Source: Hydrogenophaga intermedia (GTDB taxonomy: Bacteria; Pseudomonadota; Alphaproteobacteria; Rhizobiales; Beijerinckiaceae). Taken from it: DNA of 64,000 nucleotides. Below the pieces are notes generated by a model, which did not search any database, was not told the origin of the DNA, and saw only the letters and a program-made list of their open reading frames with translations. The translations under genes and the position numbers were made by a program. The stretch covers positions 7,852 to 71,851 of the forward strand of contig CALRRR020000012.1 in NCBI GenBank assembly GCA_943370645.1. Reading direction: 5' to 3'. Of this stretch, positions 54,215-63,299 are shown piece after piece (position 1 is the stretch's first letter; every line of letters begins with the position of its first letter).

Positions 54215-56248
54215 ATGAGTGCTCCTTCCCAACCTTCTTCCCAATACTCTGCCATGGTGTCGCTGACCTTTCCGGATGGCGCGGTCAGGCCGTTTTCGAC
54301 CGGCATCACCGGTGCCGCCATTGCCGGCGGCATCTCGCCGTCGCTGCTGAAGCGCACCGTGGCCATGGCGCTCGATGGCGTCGTCGTTGATCTCGCCGAT
54401 CCGATTGGCCGGGATGCGCGGATCGAGTTTCTCAACCGCGAGGACCCGCGCGCGCTGGAACTGATCCGGCATGATTGCGCCCATGTGCTGGCCGAAGCCG
54501 TGCAGAGCCTGTTTCCGGGCACGCAGGTGACGATCGGCCCGGTGATCGAGAACGGCTTCTTCTACGATTTCTACCGCGAGCAGCCGTTCTCCCCGGAGGA
54601 TTTCGCCTCGATCGAGCAGAAGATGCGGCAGATCATCGCCGCCGACAAACCCTTCACCAAGGAAGAATGGAGCCGCGACAAGGCGCGCAGCTTCTTCGAG
54701 ACCAAGGGCGAGGCCTTCAAGGTCGAACTGGTCGATGCCATCCCGGAAGACCAAACCCTGAAGATGTATGCCCAGGGCGACTGGATCGACCTTTGCCGCG
54801 GCCCGCACATGACCTCGGTCGGCAAGGTCGGCAACGCCTTCAAGCTGATGAAGGTGGCCGGTGCTTACTGGCGCGGCGACAGCAACAATCCGATGCTCAC
54901 CCGCATCTACGGCACGGCTTTCGCCAAGCAGGAAGACCTCGACGCCCACCTGCACCAGATCGAGGAAGCGGAAAAGCGCGACCACCGCAAGCTGGGCCGG
55001 GAGATGGACCTGTTCCACTTCCAGGACGAAGGTCCGGGCACGGTGTTCTGGCACTCAAAGGGCTGGACCATGTTCCAGCAGCTGACCGCCTACATGCGTC
55101 GCCGCCTGCGCGGGGACTATGAGGAGGTCAACGCGCCGCAACTGCTCGACAAGTCGCTGTGGGAAACCTCCGGCCACTGGGGCTGGTATGCGGAGAACAT
55201 GTTCGCGTCGAAGTCGGCGTCGGGCTTCCTCAACCCCACGGATGCGACCCGCGACCAGCGTGTGTTCGCGCTCAAGCCGATGAACTGCCCCGGCCATGTC
55301 CAGCTCTTCAAGCACGGCCTGAAGAGCTACCGCGACCTGCCGATCAGGCTGGCGGAATTCGGTATGGTGCACCGCTATGAGGCCTCCGGCGCGCTGCATG
55401 GCCTGATGCGCGTCAGGGCCTTCACCCAGGATGACGCCCACATCTTCTGCACCGAGGATCAACTCGAAGCCGAGTGCCTTAAGATCAACGACCTGATGAT
55501 GTCGGTCTATGCCGATTTCGGCTTCACCGACGTGGTGGTCAAGCTGGCCACACGCCCGGAAAAGCGCGTCGGCACCGATGCGATGTGGGACCATGCCGAG
55601 AATATCCTGCGCAAGGTCCTTGTCCGGATGGAGGCCGAATCCGGTGGTCGCATCAAGACCGGGATCAACGAGGGCGAGGGCACGTTCTACGGACCGAAGT
55701 TCGAATACACGCTCAAGGACGCCATCGGCCGTGACTGGCAATGCGGCACGACGCAGGTCGACTTCAACCTGCCGGAGCGCTTCGGCGCGTTCTACATCGG
55801 TCCCGACGGCGAGAAGACCCAGCCCGTGATGGTGCACCGGGCCATCTGCGGCTCGCTGGAGCGGTTCCTCGGCATCCTGATCGAGAGCCATGCCGGGCAT
55901 TTCCCGCTCTGGCTGGCCCCCGAGCAGATCGTGGTCTGCCCGATCACCTCCGAAGCGGATGCCTATGCCGAGAAGGTGGCGCAGCGCATGTTGGCCCATG
56001 GCCTGCGTGCCCGCGCCGATTTGCGCAACGAGAAGATCAATTACAAGGTGCGCGAGTACTCGCTGGCCAAGGTGCCGCTGATCATCGCGGTGGGCAAGCG
56101 CGAGGCCGAGGACAACACTGTCTCCGTGCGCAGGCTTGGATCGCAGGCGCAGACCGTGATGGGCCTGAAGGAAGCGGTGGAGGCCTTCACGGAGGAGGCG
56201 CTTGCGCCCGATGAGCGGCGTGCGCGGGCGGCTCTGGCTGCGGAGTGA
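54215..56248 (+). CDS. thrS: Threonine--tRNA ligase
   Basis: It has a TGS start ([12 protein letters not shown]), class II motifs ([29 protein letters not shown]), and an anticodon-binding tail. ATG 54215 lies 9 nt after AGGAG. Alternative starts are 54206 and 54254. Confidence 0.93.
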   Translation: MSAPSQPSSQYSAMVSLTFPDGAVRPFSTGITGAAIAGGISPSLLKRTVAMALDGVVVDLADPIGRDARIEFLNREDPRALELIRHDCAHVLAEAVQSLFPGTQVTIGPVIENGFFYDFYREQPFSPEDFASIEQKMRQIIAADKPFTKEEWSRDKARSFFETKGEAFKVELVDAIPEDQTLKMYAQGDWIDLCRGPHMTSVGKVGNAFKLMKVAGAYWRGDSNNPMLTRIYGTAFAKQEDLDAHLHQIEEAEKRDHRKLGREMDLFHFQDEGPGTVFWHSKGWTMFQQLTAYMRRRLRGDYEEVNAPQLLDKSLWETSGHWGWYAENMFASKSASGFLNPTDATRDQRVFALKPMNCPGHVQLFKHGLKSYRDLPIRLAEFGMVHRYEASGALHGLMRVRAFTQDDAHIFCTEDQLEAECLKINDLMMSVYADFGFTDVVVKLATRPEKRVGTDAMWDHAENILRKVLVRMEAESGGRIKTGINEGEGTFYGPKFEYTLKDAIGRDWQCGTTQVDFNLPERFGAFYIGPDGEKTQPVMVHRAICGSLERFLGILIESHAGHFPLWLAPEQIVVCPITSEADAYAEKVAQRMLAHGLRARADLRNEKINYKVREYSLAKVPLIIAVGKREAEDNTVSVRRLGSQAQTVMGLKEAVEAFTEEALAPDERRARAALAAE

Positions 56249-56311
56249 CGGGGTAAGGCATCACGCCGTTGCCTGATCGACAAACCGCGTGTTTGTCGGC
56301 AGATTGCGGCG

Positions 56312-57607
56312 ATGATGCTCCATAGCTACCGCAAGCGGCTCGAAGCCGACCTGACGACATGGACGGCGGCCGGGCTGATCCAGCCCGAGCAGGCGCTTGG
56401 TATCCGCCGGGCGGTGCAGACCAGTGCGGGCGGCAGCCGGCTTCCGGCTCTGCTCGGCCTGCTCGGCGGCCTGCTGCTGGCGTCGAGCGTTCTCGCCTTC
56501 GTCGCCGCGAACTGGGACCTTGTGCCCCGGCTCGGCAAGTTGTCGGGCATCCTAGTCCTGATCGTGGCTGCGCTGGCGACGGCGCACCGCTTTAACCGGG
56601 TTGGTGCGCGTCTGGCCGGCGATGCCGCCGCGACCACGGCCACGCTGATTTTCGGCGCGGGTGTTGCGCTGGTCGGGCAGATGTATCACCTGCCAGCCGA
56701 CTGGCCTGCCGGCGCCGCGCTGGTCGGCATCGGCGCGCTGGCCGTGGCCCTGCTGATGCGCTCGGACGGGGCGCTGATCATCGCCTTTGCCTGCATGATT
56801 GCCTGGCTGTTCGGCGTTCATGACGATCGCGCTACGGGCGTGAATGTCTGGTATCTCGCCTTTTTCCTGCCCGCGCTGGCGCTGGCCCTTGGGCGCGGCA
56901 ACCGTGCTGTGCATCACATGGCCGTTCTGGCGGCACTGGCCTGGCTGGTGCTGATCGTGGGTGACAATTCCTTCCGCAATGCCGAAATGGGCACCCACAT
57001 CGCCTATCTGCTGTTCGTGGCAGTGTGCTTTGTCGTGCTTGGCCTGCTCGCGGCGGATGGCCGCCTGCCGCCTCTGCTGAGTGCCTGCACAGCGTGGGGA
57101 TTGCTGGGTTACATCGTCGTAATCGGCTTGCAACTGGCGCGCGTGCTCGAACCGTCTGGGGCTGTTGCCGGCTTTGCCGCGACACGCGTCATCGTCTCGG
57201 GCCTGCTGGCTGTCGGCGCTGTCGGCGCCTTGCTGGCTTTCTTGCCGGATCGCCGGTCGGCTGTCGCGATGGCGATTGCGCTGGTTCTGGCCATGGCGAC
57301 CTCGCTGGTGTTCTGGAGCGGCGCCGGGCAGAGCTTCGGCGGCCGGGTGGTTGTTTCGGCGCTGGTGCTGCTGTCGTCATCGGCGATGATCATCGCAGGA
57401 GCGGTGATGGGCCAGCGCCGCGTTTCGCTCGCAGGAGCGGGCGCATTCGGCCTCGCCGTGATCGTGCTGCTCTACCGGACAGTCGGCACGCTGCTCGACC
57501 AGTCTCTGTTCTTCCTCGTTGGTGGTGTGCTGCTGATCGCGATTGCAGCGGGCATGCGCAAGCTGTTGCAGCGCTTCGGGGCATCGCAACCGGGCGGTGC
57601 CGCATGA
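56312..57607 (+). CDS. Polytopic membrane protein, DUF2157-like
   Basis: 431 aa with a soluble N-terminal helix (YRKRLEADLTTWTAAGLIQPEQALGI) followed by at least 10 TM segments. Confidence 0.55.
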   Translation: MMLHSYRKRLEADLTTWTAAGLIQPEQALGIRRAVQTSAGGSRLPALLGLLGGLLLASSVLAFVAANWDLVPRLGKLSGILVLIVAALATAHRFNRVGARLAGDAAATTATLIFGAGVALVGQMYHLPADWPAGAALVGIGALAVALLMRSDGALIIAFACMIAWLFGVHDDRATGVNVWYLAFFLPALALALGRGNRAVHHMAVLAALAWLVLIVGDNSFRNAEMGTHIAYLLFVAVCFVVLGLLAADGRLPPLLSACTAWGLLGYIVVIGLQLARVLEPSGAVAGFAATRVIVSGLLAVGAVGALLAFLPDRRSAVAMAIALVLAMATSLVFWSGAGQSFGGRVVVSALVLLSSSAMIIAGAVMGQRRVSLAGAGAFGLAVIVLLYRTVGTLLDQSLFFLVGGVLLIAIAAGMRKLLQRFGASQPGGAA

Positions 57608-58233
57608 TGGGACAAGAGGTAATGGGTGTTGCGGATCGTCTGATCGGGCGTGTTCCGGCGCTGGCGCGAGCCGGCCTTGCGGCGCTGGTGCTGTGCGGCC
57701 TTGTGCTGGCCATGGTGGTCGAGCGTGCCGCGATCCTGCGCGATGGTGCCACGATCCGGCTTGCGACGGTGCCTGTCGATCCGCGCGACCTTTTCCGCGG
57801 CGATTATGTGGTGCTGAACTACGAGATCAGCACGATCAATCTCACCCGCATCGGGGCTGCCGCCGATCTGAGGCGCGATGAGCCGATCCATGTTGGCGTG
57901 CGTGCCGGCATCAATGGTCAGGCGGAGGTCGTCAAGGTTGTCAGGGCCGGGCAGCCGCGCGAGGCGGGCCTGATCTGGCTTGGGAGCAAGGCCGGCTCGA
58001 TGATGAACTGCTTCAGGGGCTTCGTCGGGACGGCCTGCGCGGAAGGCGACAAGGTCATGCGCGTGCGCTACGGCCTTGAGAGCTACTTCGTGCCGCAAGG
58101 CGAGGGGCGCGCGATCGAGACCACACAGGCGTCGCGCGTCGAGATCCTGGCTGCGGTCAGCACTTCTGGCGCATCGGCGATCAAGGCGCTGCTGATCGAC
58201 GGGAAGCCTGTCTACAACGAGCCGCCCTACTGA
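57604..58233 (+). CDS. GDYXXLXY-domain membrane-anchored protein
   Basis: The start ATG overlaps the upstream stop (ATGA at 57604-57607). It has a TM anchor and then the literal motif PRDLFRGDYVVLNYEI. Confidence 0.7.
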   Translation: MMGQEVMGVADRLIGRVPALARAGLAALVLCGLVLAMVVERAAILRDGATIRLATVPVDPRDLFRGDYVVLNYEISTINLTRIGAAADLRRDEPIHVGVRAGINGQAEVVKVVRAGQPREAGLIWLGSKAGSMMNCFRGFVGTACAEGDKVMRVRYGLESYFVPQGEGRAIETTQASRVEILAAVSTSGASAIKALLIDGKPVYNEPPY

Positions 58234-58236
58234 CCA

Positions 58237-59106
58237 TCAGCGGCCGACGACGACCTCGATGTCGCGGTCAAGGCCGGCCTCGATCTTGAACTCGTGAGTG
58301 TGGACCTGCCCGCCCTGGCGGGCAATCAGCACATAATCGCCCTCGGCCAGGATCACCTCGGGGAAGGCACCGATCGCTTCGCGGATCACGTCACCGCCGG
58401 GCGTCAGCACGGAAAAGGCGGTGCCGGCAAAGGCTTCGCCACCCGGAGCGGTCACCAGTTTCAGCGTGGCCTTGGCCGCGCGGTGAAACAACGTGGCCTC
58501 GATCAGCTTGCCACTCTCGACCTTCACATCGACACGGCGGATGGCATTGGCATCGCCGTGGGTGGAGACGACATGGTAGGTGCCCTCGGGCAGGCGCAGG
58601 ATGTCGCCGGACCTGACATTCTCGGCCACGAGCCGGCCTTCGGAGTTGCCGGCCAGCGGCACAAACACCGAAAAGATGATGCTGGATGCCGGGATCGGAC
58701 GGTCGAGAATCACGCCGCCGAGTTTCAGGCCGCCGGCGCTGAGCGTGACCCGCTCGTTGAGAGCGCCGCTGGCCGGCACGGTGATGCGCTTCCAGCCGCT
58801 GGCGAACCCATAAGTGGCATGCACCACATAGCTGCCGGGATCGAGCGTCAATTGTGGCGCTGCAATCGTCGACCGCGCTACGATCTGGGGCGGGCCGCCG
58901 TTGGCGTCGTCCTTCAGGATGCGCCAGATCAGTCCGGAGGCGATCGGCTTGTTCTCGGTGGCATAAATGGCGCCGAGCCTGACGCCCTGCGACGGTGCGG
59001 GAGTCTGGGCCAGCGATGGTGTCTCGAACATGCCGCTCAGTGCCAGCGCGACCACGCCGAGCGCCGCCGCGAGCCTGACCAGCCTTTTTGCGAAACGAAC
59101 CATCAT
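58237..59106 (-). CDS. Secreted protein with three PEGA-like beta-sandwich repeats
   Basis: The ATGATG start at 59106 is preceded by AGGAGA. The signal peptide is LAAALGVVALALSGMFETPSLAQ. The three repeats are LTLDPGSYVVHATYG.., LRLPEGTYHVVSTHG.. and VILAEGDYVLIARQG... Confidence 0.5.
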   Translation of the reverse strand: MMVRFAKRLVRLAAALGVVALALSGMFETPSLAQTPAPSQGVRLGAIYATENKPIASGLIWRILKDDANGGPPQIVARSTIAAPQLTLDPGSYVVHATYGFASGWKRITVPASGALNERVTLSAGGLKLGGVILDRPIPASSIIFSVFVPLAGNSEGRLVAENVRSGDILRLPEGTYHVVSTHGDANAIRRVDVKVESGKLIEATLFHRAAKATLKLVTAPGGEAFAGTAFSVLTPGGDVIREAIGAFPEVILAEGDYVLIARQGGQVHTHEFKIEAGLDRDIEVVVGR

Positions 59107-59304
59107 GGCTCTCCTCATACCGTTGCCGGGCAGGCGATGCCAGCCTTGCATCCAGCTGTCAGCGTCAGCCATAGCGAAAGCATAGGCCCAATGCGCGCGA
59201 AACTGTGACCTCAGGGTGGGGCTGTTGTGGTGGGCGTCCAAGGCCTTGTCTTGCCCGGTCGCCAACCATCAGCTACCCACGAGCGGTGCCGAGGAGACTG
59301 CCCG

Positions 59305-59871
59305 ATGACCCATCCGCTCGTTGACCTGCTGACCACGCGGCGTTCTGTGAAGCCGCTGCTGATGACGGCGGGCGGGCCGAGCCAGCAGGAGATTGAGACG
59401 ATCCTCACCGTGGCCTGCCGCACGCCCGATCACGGCAAGCTGGTGCCCTGGCGGTTCATCGTCTTCAGCGGCGCGGCGCGCGAGCGGGCCGGGGAGGTGA
59501 TCGCGGACACCTACAAGGCCGATCACCCCGCAGCGGACGCTGACACGCTGGCCTTTGAGCGCAACAGGCTGGCGCGTGCGCCGCTGGTGATCGCGGTGGT
59601 TTCGCGGGCGCAGGCGCATGCCAAGATCCCGGAATGGGAACAGGTGCTGTCATGTGGCGCGGTCTGCATGAACCTGACGCTGGCCGCCAATGCGCTCGGC
59701 TATGGCACGAACTGGCTGACCGAGTGGTATGCCTATGACCGGCGTGTTCTCGACCGGCTTGGCCTTGCCCCCCATGAGCGGATGGCGGGGTTCCTGCATA
59801 TCGGTCGCAGCGATGCGCCGATGCAGGACCGCGAGCGGCCTCAATTGGCCGATGTCGTGACCTACGCCTGA
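59305..59871 (+). CDS. Nitroreductase-family protein
   Basis: From ATG 59305 it reads LLTTRRSVKP...RTPDHGKLVPWRF... Confidence 0.8.
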   Translation: MTHPLVDLLTTRRSVKPLLMTAGGPSQQEIETILTVACRTPDHGKLVPWRFIVFSGAARERAGEVIADTYKADHPAADADTLAFERNRLARAPLVIAVVSRAQAHAKIPEWEQVLSCGAVCMNLTLAANALGYGTNWLTEWYAYDRRVLDRLGLAPHERMAGFLHIGRSDAPMQDRERPQLADVVTYA

Positions 59872-59922
59872 TCCTGGCTGCCCGCGCAGCGTCGTCCATT
59901 TCTCACCGGAATCGAGCCTGAC

Positions 59923-60534
59923 ATGCACTACAGACCCGACGCGCGCGACACGAGTGTCCTGCCGCATGATCCGCTGAAGGCCATCGTCGCGCCACGGCCA
60001 ATCGGCTGGATCAGCGCGCTGAGCGCTTCGGGCGACCTCAATCTGTCGCCCTATTCGTTCTTCAACATGATCTCCTCGTCGCCGACGCCGATCGTGATGT
60101 TCTCCTCCGAAGGCCGGAAGGATGCCGTGACCTTTGTCGAAGAGACCGGCGAGTTCACCTGCTCTCTGACGAGCTACGACATGGCCCAGCAGATGAGCCT
60201 GACCTCCGCGCCGTTGCCGCGCGGGCAGAGCGAGTATGCCTTTGCCGGTCTTGAAACCGCGCCGTCCGAGCTTGTCAGGCCGCCGCGCGTCAAAGGCGCT
60301 CCGGCTGCGCTCGAATGCAAGCTTTTGTCGGTGACCGCGCTGCATGACCTCAACGGAAAGCCGATTGACCGCTACATGGTGCTCGGTCAGGTCGTGAGCG
60401 TGTTCATCGACGAGCGCTGCCTGATCGATGGCCGCTTCGACATGACAGTGGCCCGCACCATCGCCCGCTGCGGCTACTCGGATTACACGATGGTCGACTC
60501 CCTGTTCTCGATCCAGCGGCCACCGGGCGGCTAG
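59923..60534 (+). CDS. Flavin reductase-family (FMN-binding split-barrel) protein
   Basis: Has IVAPRPIGWISALSASGDLNLSPYSFFN. Confidence 0.8.
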   Translation: MHYRPDARDTSVLPHDPLKAIVAPRPIGWISALSASGDLNLSPYSFFNMISSSPTPIVMFSSEGRKDAVTFVEETGEFTCSLTSYDMAQQMSLTSAPLPRGQSEYAFAGLETAPSELVRPPRVKGAPAALECKLLSVTALHDLNGKPIDRYMVLGQVVSVFIDERCLIDGRFDMTVARTIARCGYSDYTMVDSLFSIQRPPGG

Positions 60535-60537
60535 ACG

Positions 60538-60738
60538 ATGGCAGAGCTCCGCCGCCTGCCGCCGCTGACTGAAGATGAGCGCAAGCGGCGCCGGCTGGCG
60601 GTGGCCGTGCGCCTGCTGCTGATGGCGCTCATCGGCGGCTCGGGTCTGTGGCTTGTGCTGGAACTCGACAAGGCGAGGCGCGCGCAGAACTGCCTTGAAT
60701 CTGGCAGCCGCAATTGCCGCATCCTGGATGTCAGATAG
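60538..60738 (+). CDS. Small single-pass membrane protein (hypothetical)
   Basis: 66 aa with a basic N-terminus and TM segment VRLLLMALIGGSGLWLVL. The only supports are that it starts 4 nt after the upstream stop and that no competing homolog sits on the other strand. Confidence 0.35.
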   Translation: MAELRRLPPLTEDERKRRRLAVAVRLLLMALIGGSGLWLVLELDKARRAQNCLESGSRNCRILDVR

Positions 60739-60753
60739 CGCGCCCGGAAGCTC

Positions 60754-61638
60754 TTACGCCGGGTGCCTTGCCGGAGCCGGCAGCCTTGCCAGCAAACGCC
60801 TTGCACGCTTGAGGTGGGGCAGATCGAGCATCTCGCCATCGATGCCGATGACGCCCAGATCAGGGTTTGCTTCGAAGGCGGCAACGATGGCCCGGGCCTT
60901 GTCGATGGCCGCTTGTGACGGGGTGAACACCGCATTGATGACCGGCACCTGCGCCGGGTGGATCGCCATCTTCGCGACGAAGCCATCACGGCGCGCGGCT
61001 TCCGCCTCAGTGCGCAATCCATCCATGTCGCGGAAGCTGGTGAACACCGAATCGACCGGGTCGACGCCAGCGGCAGCTGCACCCATCAGCGTCAGGGCGC
61101 GTGCCATCCGGTAGGGATCGCTGTAGCTGCCATCGTCAAGGCGGTTGGTCTCGGCGCCCAGTTCGGCGGACAGATCCTCGCCGCCCCAGGTCAGCGCCAT
61201 CAGCCTGTGCGACGAACCGGCATAGGTTCCGAGCTGAAACACCCCGCGCGGGGTCTCCGTGGCGATGGCGAGAATGCGAACGGCCCCGTCACGGACATTG
61301 GATTCAGCCTCGCGCACGGCAATCTTGGCCCCCAGATGCTGCACGCTGATGCCGCCCTCGGCCTTGGGCAGCACGATGGCATCGGGACAGGCCGCGATCA
61401 TGCCGTCGAGATCGGCCTCGGTGAGGCCCGTTGCCAACCCGTTGACGCGGACCATCAGGCGCGGGCCGTCACCTCGCGTCGATGAAGCGATGAAATCCCG
61501 TGTCAGCTCGCGGGCCAGCGCCTTGCGCTCGACCGCAACCGAATCCTCAAGGTCGATGATCAGCGCGTCGGCGCCTGATTGCATGGCTTTTTCGAGCTTG
61601 CGGGCGTCATCGCCCGGAACGAACAGCAGCGATCGCAT
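60754..61638 (-). CDS. HpcH/HpaI-CitE-family acyl-CoA lyase / thioesterase-like protein
   Basis: From ATG 61638 it reads MRSLLFVPGDDARKLEKAMQSGADALIIDLEDSV ... KMAIHPAQV. Confidence 0.75.
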   Translation of the reverse strand: MRSLLFVPGDDARKLEKAMQSGADALIIDLEDSVAVERKALARELTRDFIASSTRGDGPRLMVRVNGLATGLTEADLDGMIAACPDAIVLPKAEGGISVQHLGAKIAVREAESNVRDGAVRILAIATETPRGVFQLGTYAGSSHRLMALTWGGEDLSAELGAETNRLDDGSYSDPYRMARALTLMGAAAAGVDPVDSVFTSFRDMDGLRTEAEAARRDGFVAKMAIHPAQVPVINAVFTPSQAAIDKARAIVAAFEANPDLGVIGIDGEMLDLPHLKRARRLLARLPAPARHPA

Positions 61639-61642
61639 GCCT

Positions 61643-62137
61643 TCAGCCCTTTGCCGGACGCTTGCGCATGAAGGCCTGCCGGCGGCACTCGGCCACCAGC
61701 ACGCCATCCTGCCTGTAGGCGCGGTGGATGAAATCGACGATGCCCGCATCCGGCCGCGAGCGTGATTCGCGCACCGACACGATCTCGGTCGTGCAGTTGA
61801 TCGTGTCACCCTCGAAGAGCGGGGCGGGGAACCTGACATCCGACATGCCGAGATTGGCGATGGTGGTGCCGACTGTGGTGTCGTTGACCGAAATCCCGAT
61901 CATCAGGCCGAGCGTGAACAGGGAATTCATCAGCGGCTTGCCCCACTCGGTCTCGGTGGCGCAGAAATGCGCGTCGATGTGCAGCGGCTGCGGGTTCAGC
62001 GTCATGTTGGAGAACAGCATGTTGTCCATCTGTGTGACAGTGCGGGTCAGGCGATGGCGGATCACGGTGCCGACCGACAGGTCTTCCAGATAAAGGCCGC
62101 CTCGCCAGTGCCGTCCGTCGCTGCCGATCTCGGTCAT
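61643..62137 (-). CDS. MaoC-family (R)-specific enoyl-CoA hydratase / dehydratase
   Basis: It has a hot-dog-fold pattern (NPQPLHIDAHF...GTTIANLG...VRFPAPLFEGDTI). It lies 4 nt upstream of the CitE-like gene. Confidence 0.7.
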   Translation of the reverse strand: MTEIGSDGRHWRGGLYLEDLSVGTVIRHRLTRTVTQMDNMLFSNMTLNPQPLHIDAHFCATETEWGKPLMNSLFTLGLMIGISVNDTTVGTTIANLGMSDVRFPAPLFEGDTINCTTEIVSVRESRSRPDAGIVDFIHRAYRQDGVLVAECRRQAFMRKRPAKG

Positions 62138-62207
62138 GGTCCAAAATTCCCTTTTCAGCACATCGGTCCGAGTTCGGACTTAACGCTTCGCTTACCATAC
62201 TTCACGC

Positions 62208-63299
62208 ATGTTGAAGACCGGCGAGCGTCGCAGGCGAAGCGGTGTTGCGCCAACGTTATCGTCGCCGTCCCCATCGCAGCGGGCCTTCATGTTCCTGTTC
62301 AGAACCAGCGCTCCCAGCCCAGCGGCACCGGCCAATCCGGTGATCGATGCCATCCGGCAGGGCGCGGACCGAACGGGCACGAATTTCGACTATCTGGTCA
62401 AGACTGCACAGCGCGAATCGGCGCTAGATCCGGAAGCCAAGGCCCGCACATCGAGCGCAACAGGGCTGTTCCAGTTCATCGAGCAGACATGGCTTTCGAT
62501 GGTGCGCAGCGAAGGGGCCAAGCATGGCCTCGACGACGCCGCCCGCGCGATCACGCAAGGGGCCGATGGCCGCCTGTCCGTGCCTGATCAGCAGATGCGC
62601 CAGCAGATCATGAACCTGCGCCGCGACCCTGAAGTGGCGTCGACCATGGCCGGGGCCTTCACCCAGCGCAACCGCGACCAGTTGCAGGCCAGCCTGGGGC
62701 GTGAGCCGACCGGTGGCGAACTCTATATCGCCCACGTGCTCGGTGCGCGCGGCGCCAGCGACCTGATCGGCACAGCCCAGGCCGCACCCCAGCGCAGCGC
62801 CGCCCTCGATTTTCCAGAAGCCGCAGCCGCCAACCGCGGCATCTTCTTCGACAAGGCCGGCAAGGCCCGCAGTGCCGCCGAGGTTTACAATGTGCTGGCT
62901 TCCCAGCATGCCAGCGTCGCCAGCGCATCGGGGCCGCAAACGGCGCAGGCTCCCGCCCACGAACGCAAGGGCCTGCTTGGCCTGTTTTCCACCGAAGGCG
63001 GGCGCAAGCCCGTGTCCGATTCCGTGGCTGCGCTCTGGTCGGGTCCACGCGGGGGGCGGGTGCAACTGGCCTCGCTCGAGCCGGCACAGCGCTTCTTTCC
63101 GAATGCCGATGGCAGCATGGCCCAACCGGCATACCAGCCGCCGGTCGAGGCTGCGGGCAGGCCTGTGATGGCGCCGAGGCCGCCCGAGCGGCCTGCCGAC
63201 ATGGCCTTGGCCAGCGCGCCGGAGCGGGGCAAGCCGGCCCGTCAGCGCGGCAAGCCGCTTGATCTCAGTGCTTTCCTGCGCCGCGAGGTGATCCGGTGA
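62208..63299 (+). CDS. SLT-type lytic transglycosylase-like protein with a Pro/Ala-rich C-terminal half
   Basis: Has NFDYLVKTAQRESALDPEAKARTSSATGLFQFIEQTW, which provides a catalytic-Glu-Ser context and the GLFQF motif. The start is uncertain (62208 or 62289). Confidence 0.55.
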   Translation: MLKTGERRRRSGVAPTLSSPSPSQRAFMFLFRTSAPSPAAPANPVIDAIRQGADRTGTNFDYLVKTAQRESALDPEAKARTSSATGLFQFIEQTWLSMVRSEGAKHGLDDAARAITQGADGRLSVPDQQMRQQIMNLRRDPEVASTMAGAFTQRNRDQLQASLGREPTGGELYIAHVLGARGASDLIGTAQAAPQRSAALDFPEAAAANRGIFFDKAGKARSAAEVYNVLASQHASVASASGPQTAQAPAHERKGLLGLFSTEGGRKPVSDSVAALWSGPRGGRVQLASLEPAQRFFPNADGSMAQPAYQPPVEAAGRPVMAPRPPERPADMALASAPERGKPARQRGKPLDLSAFLRREVIR

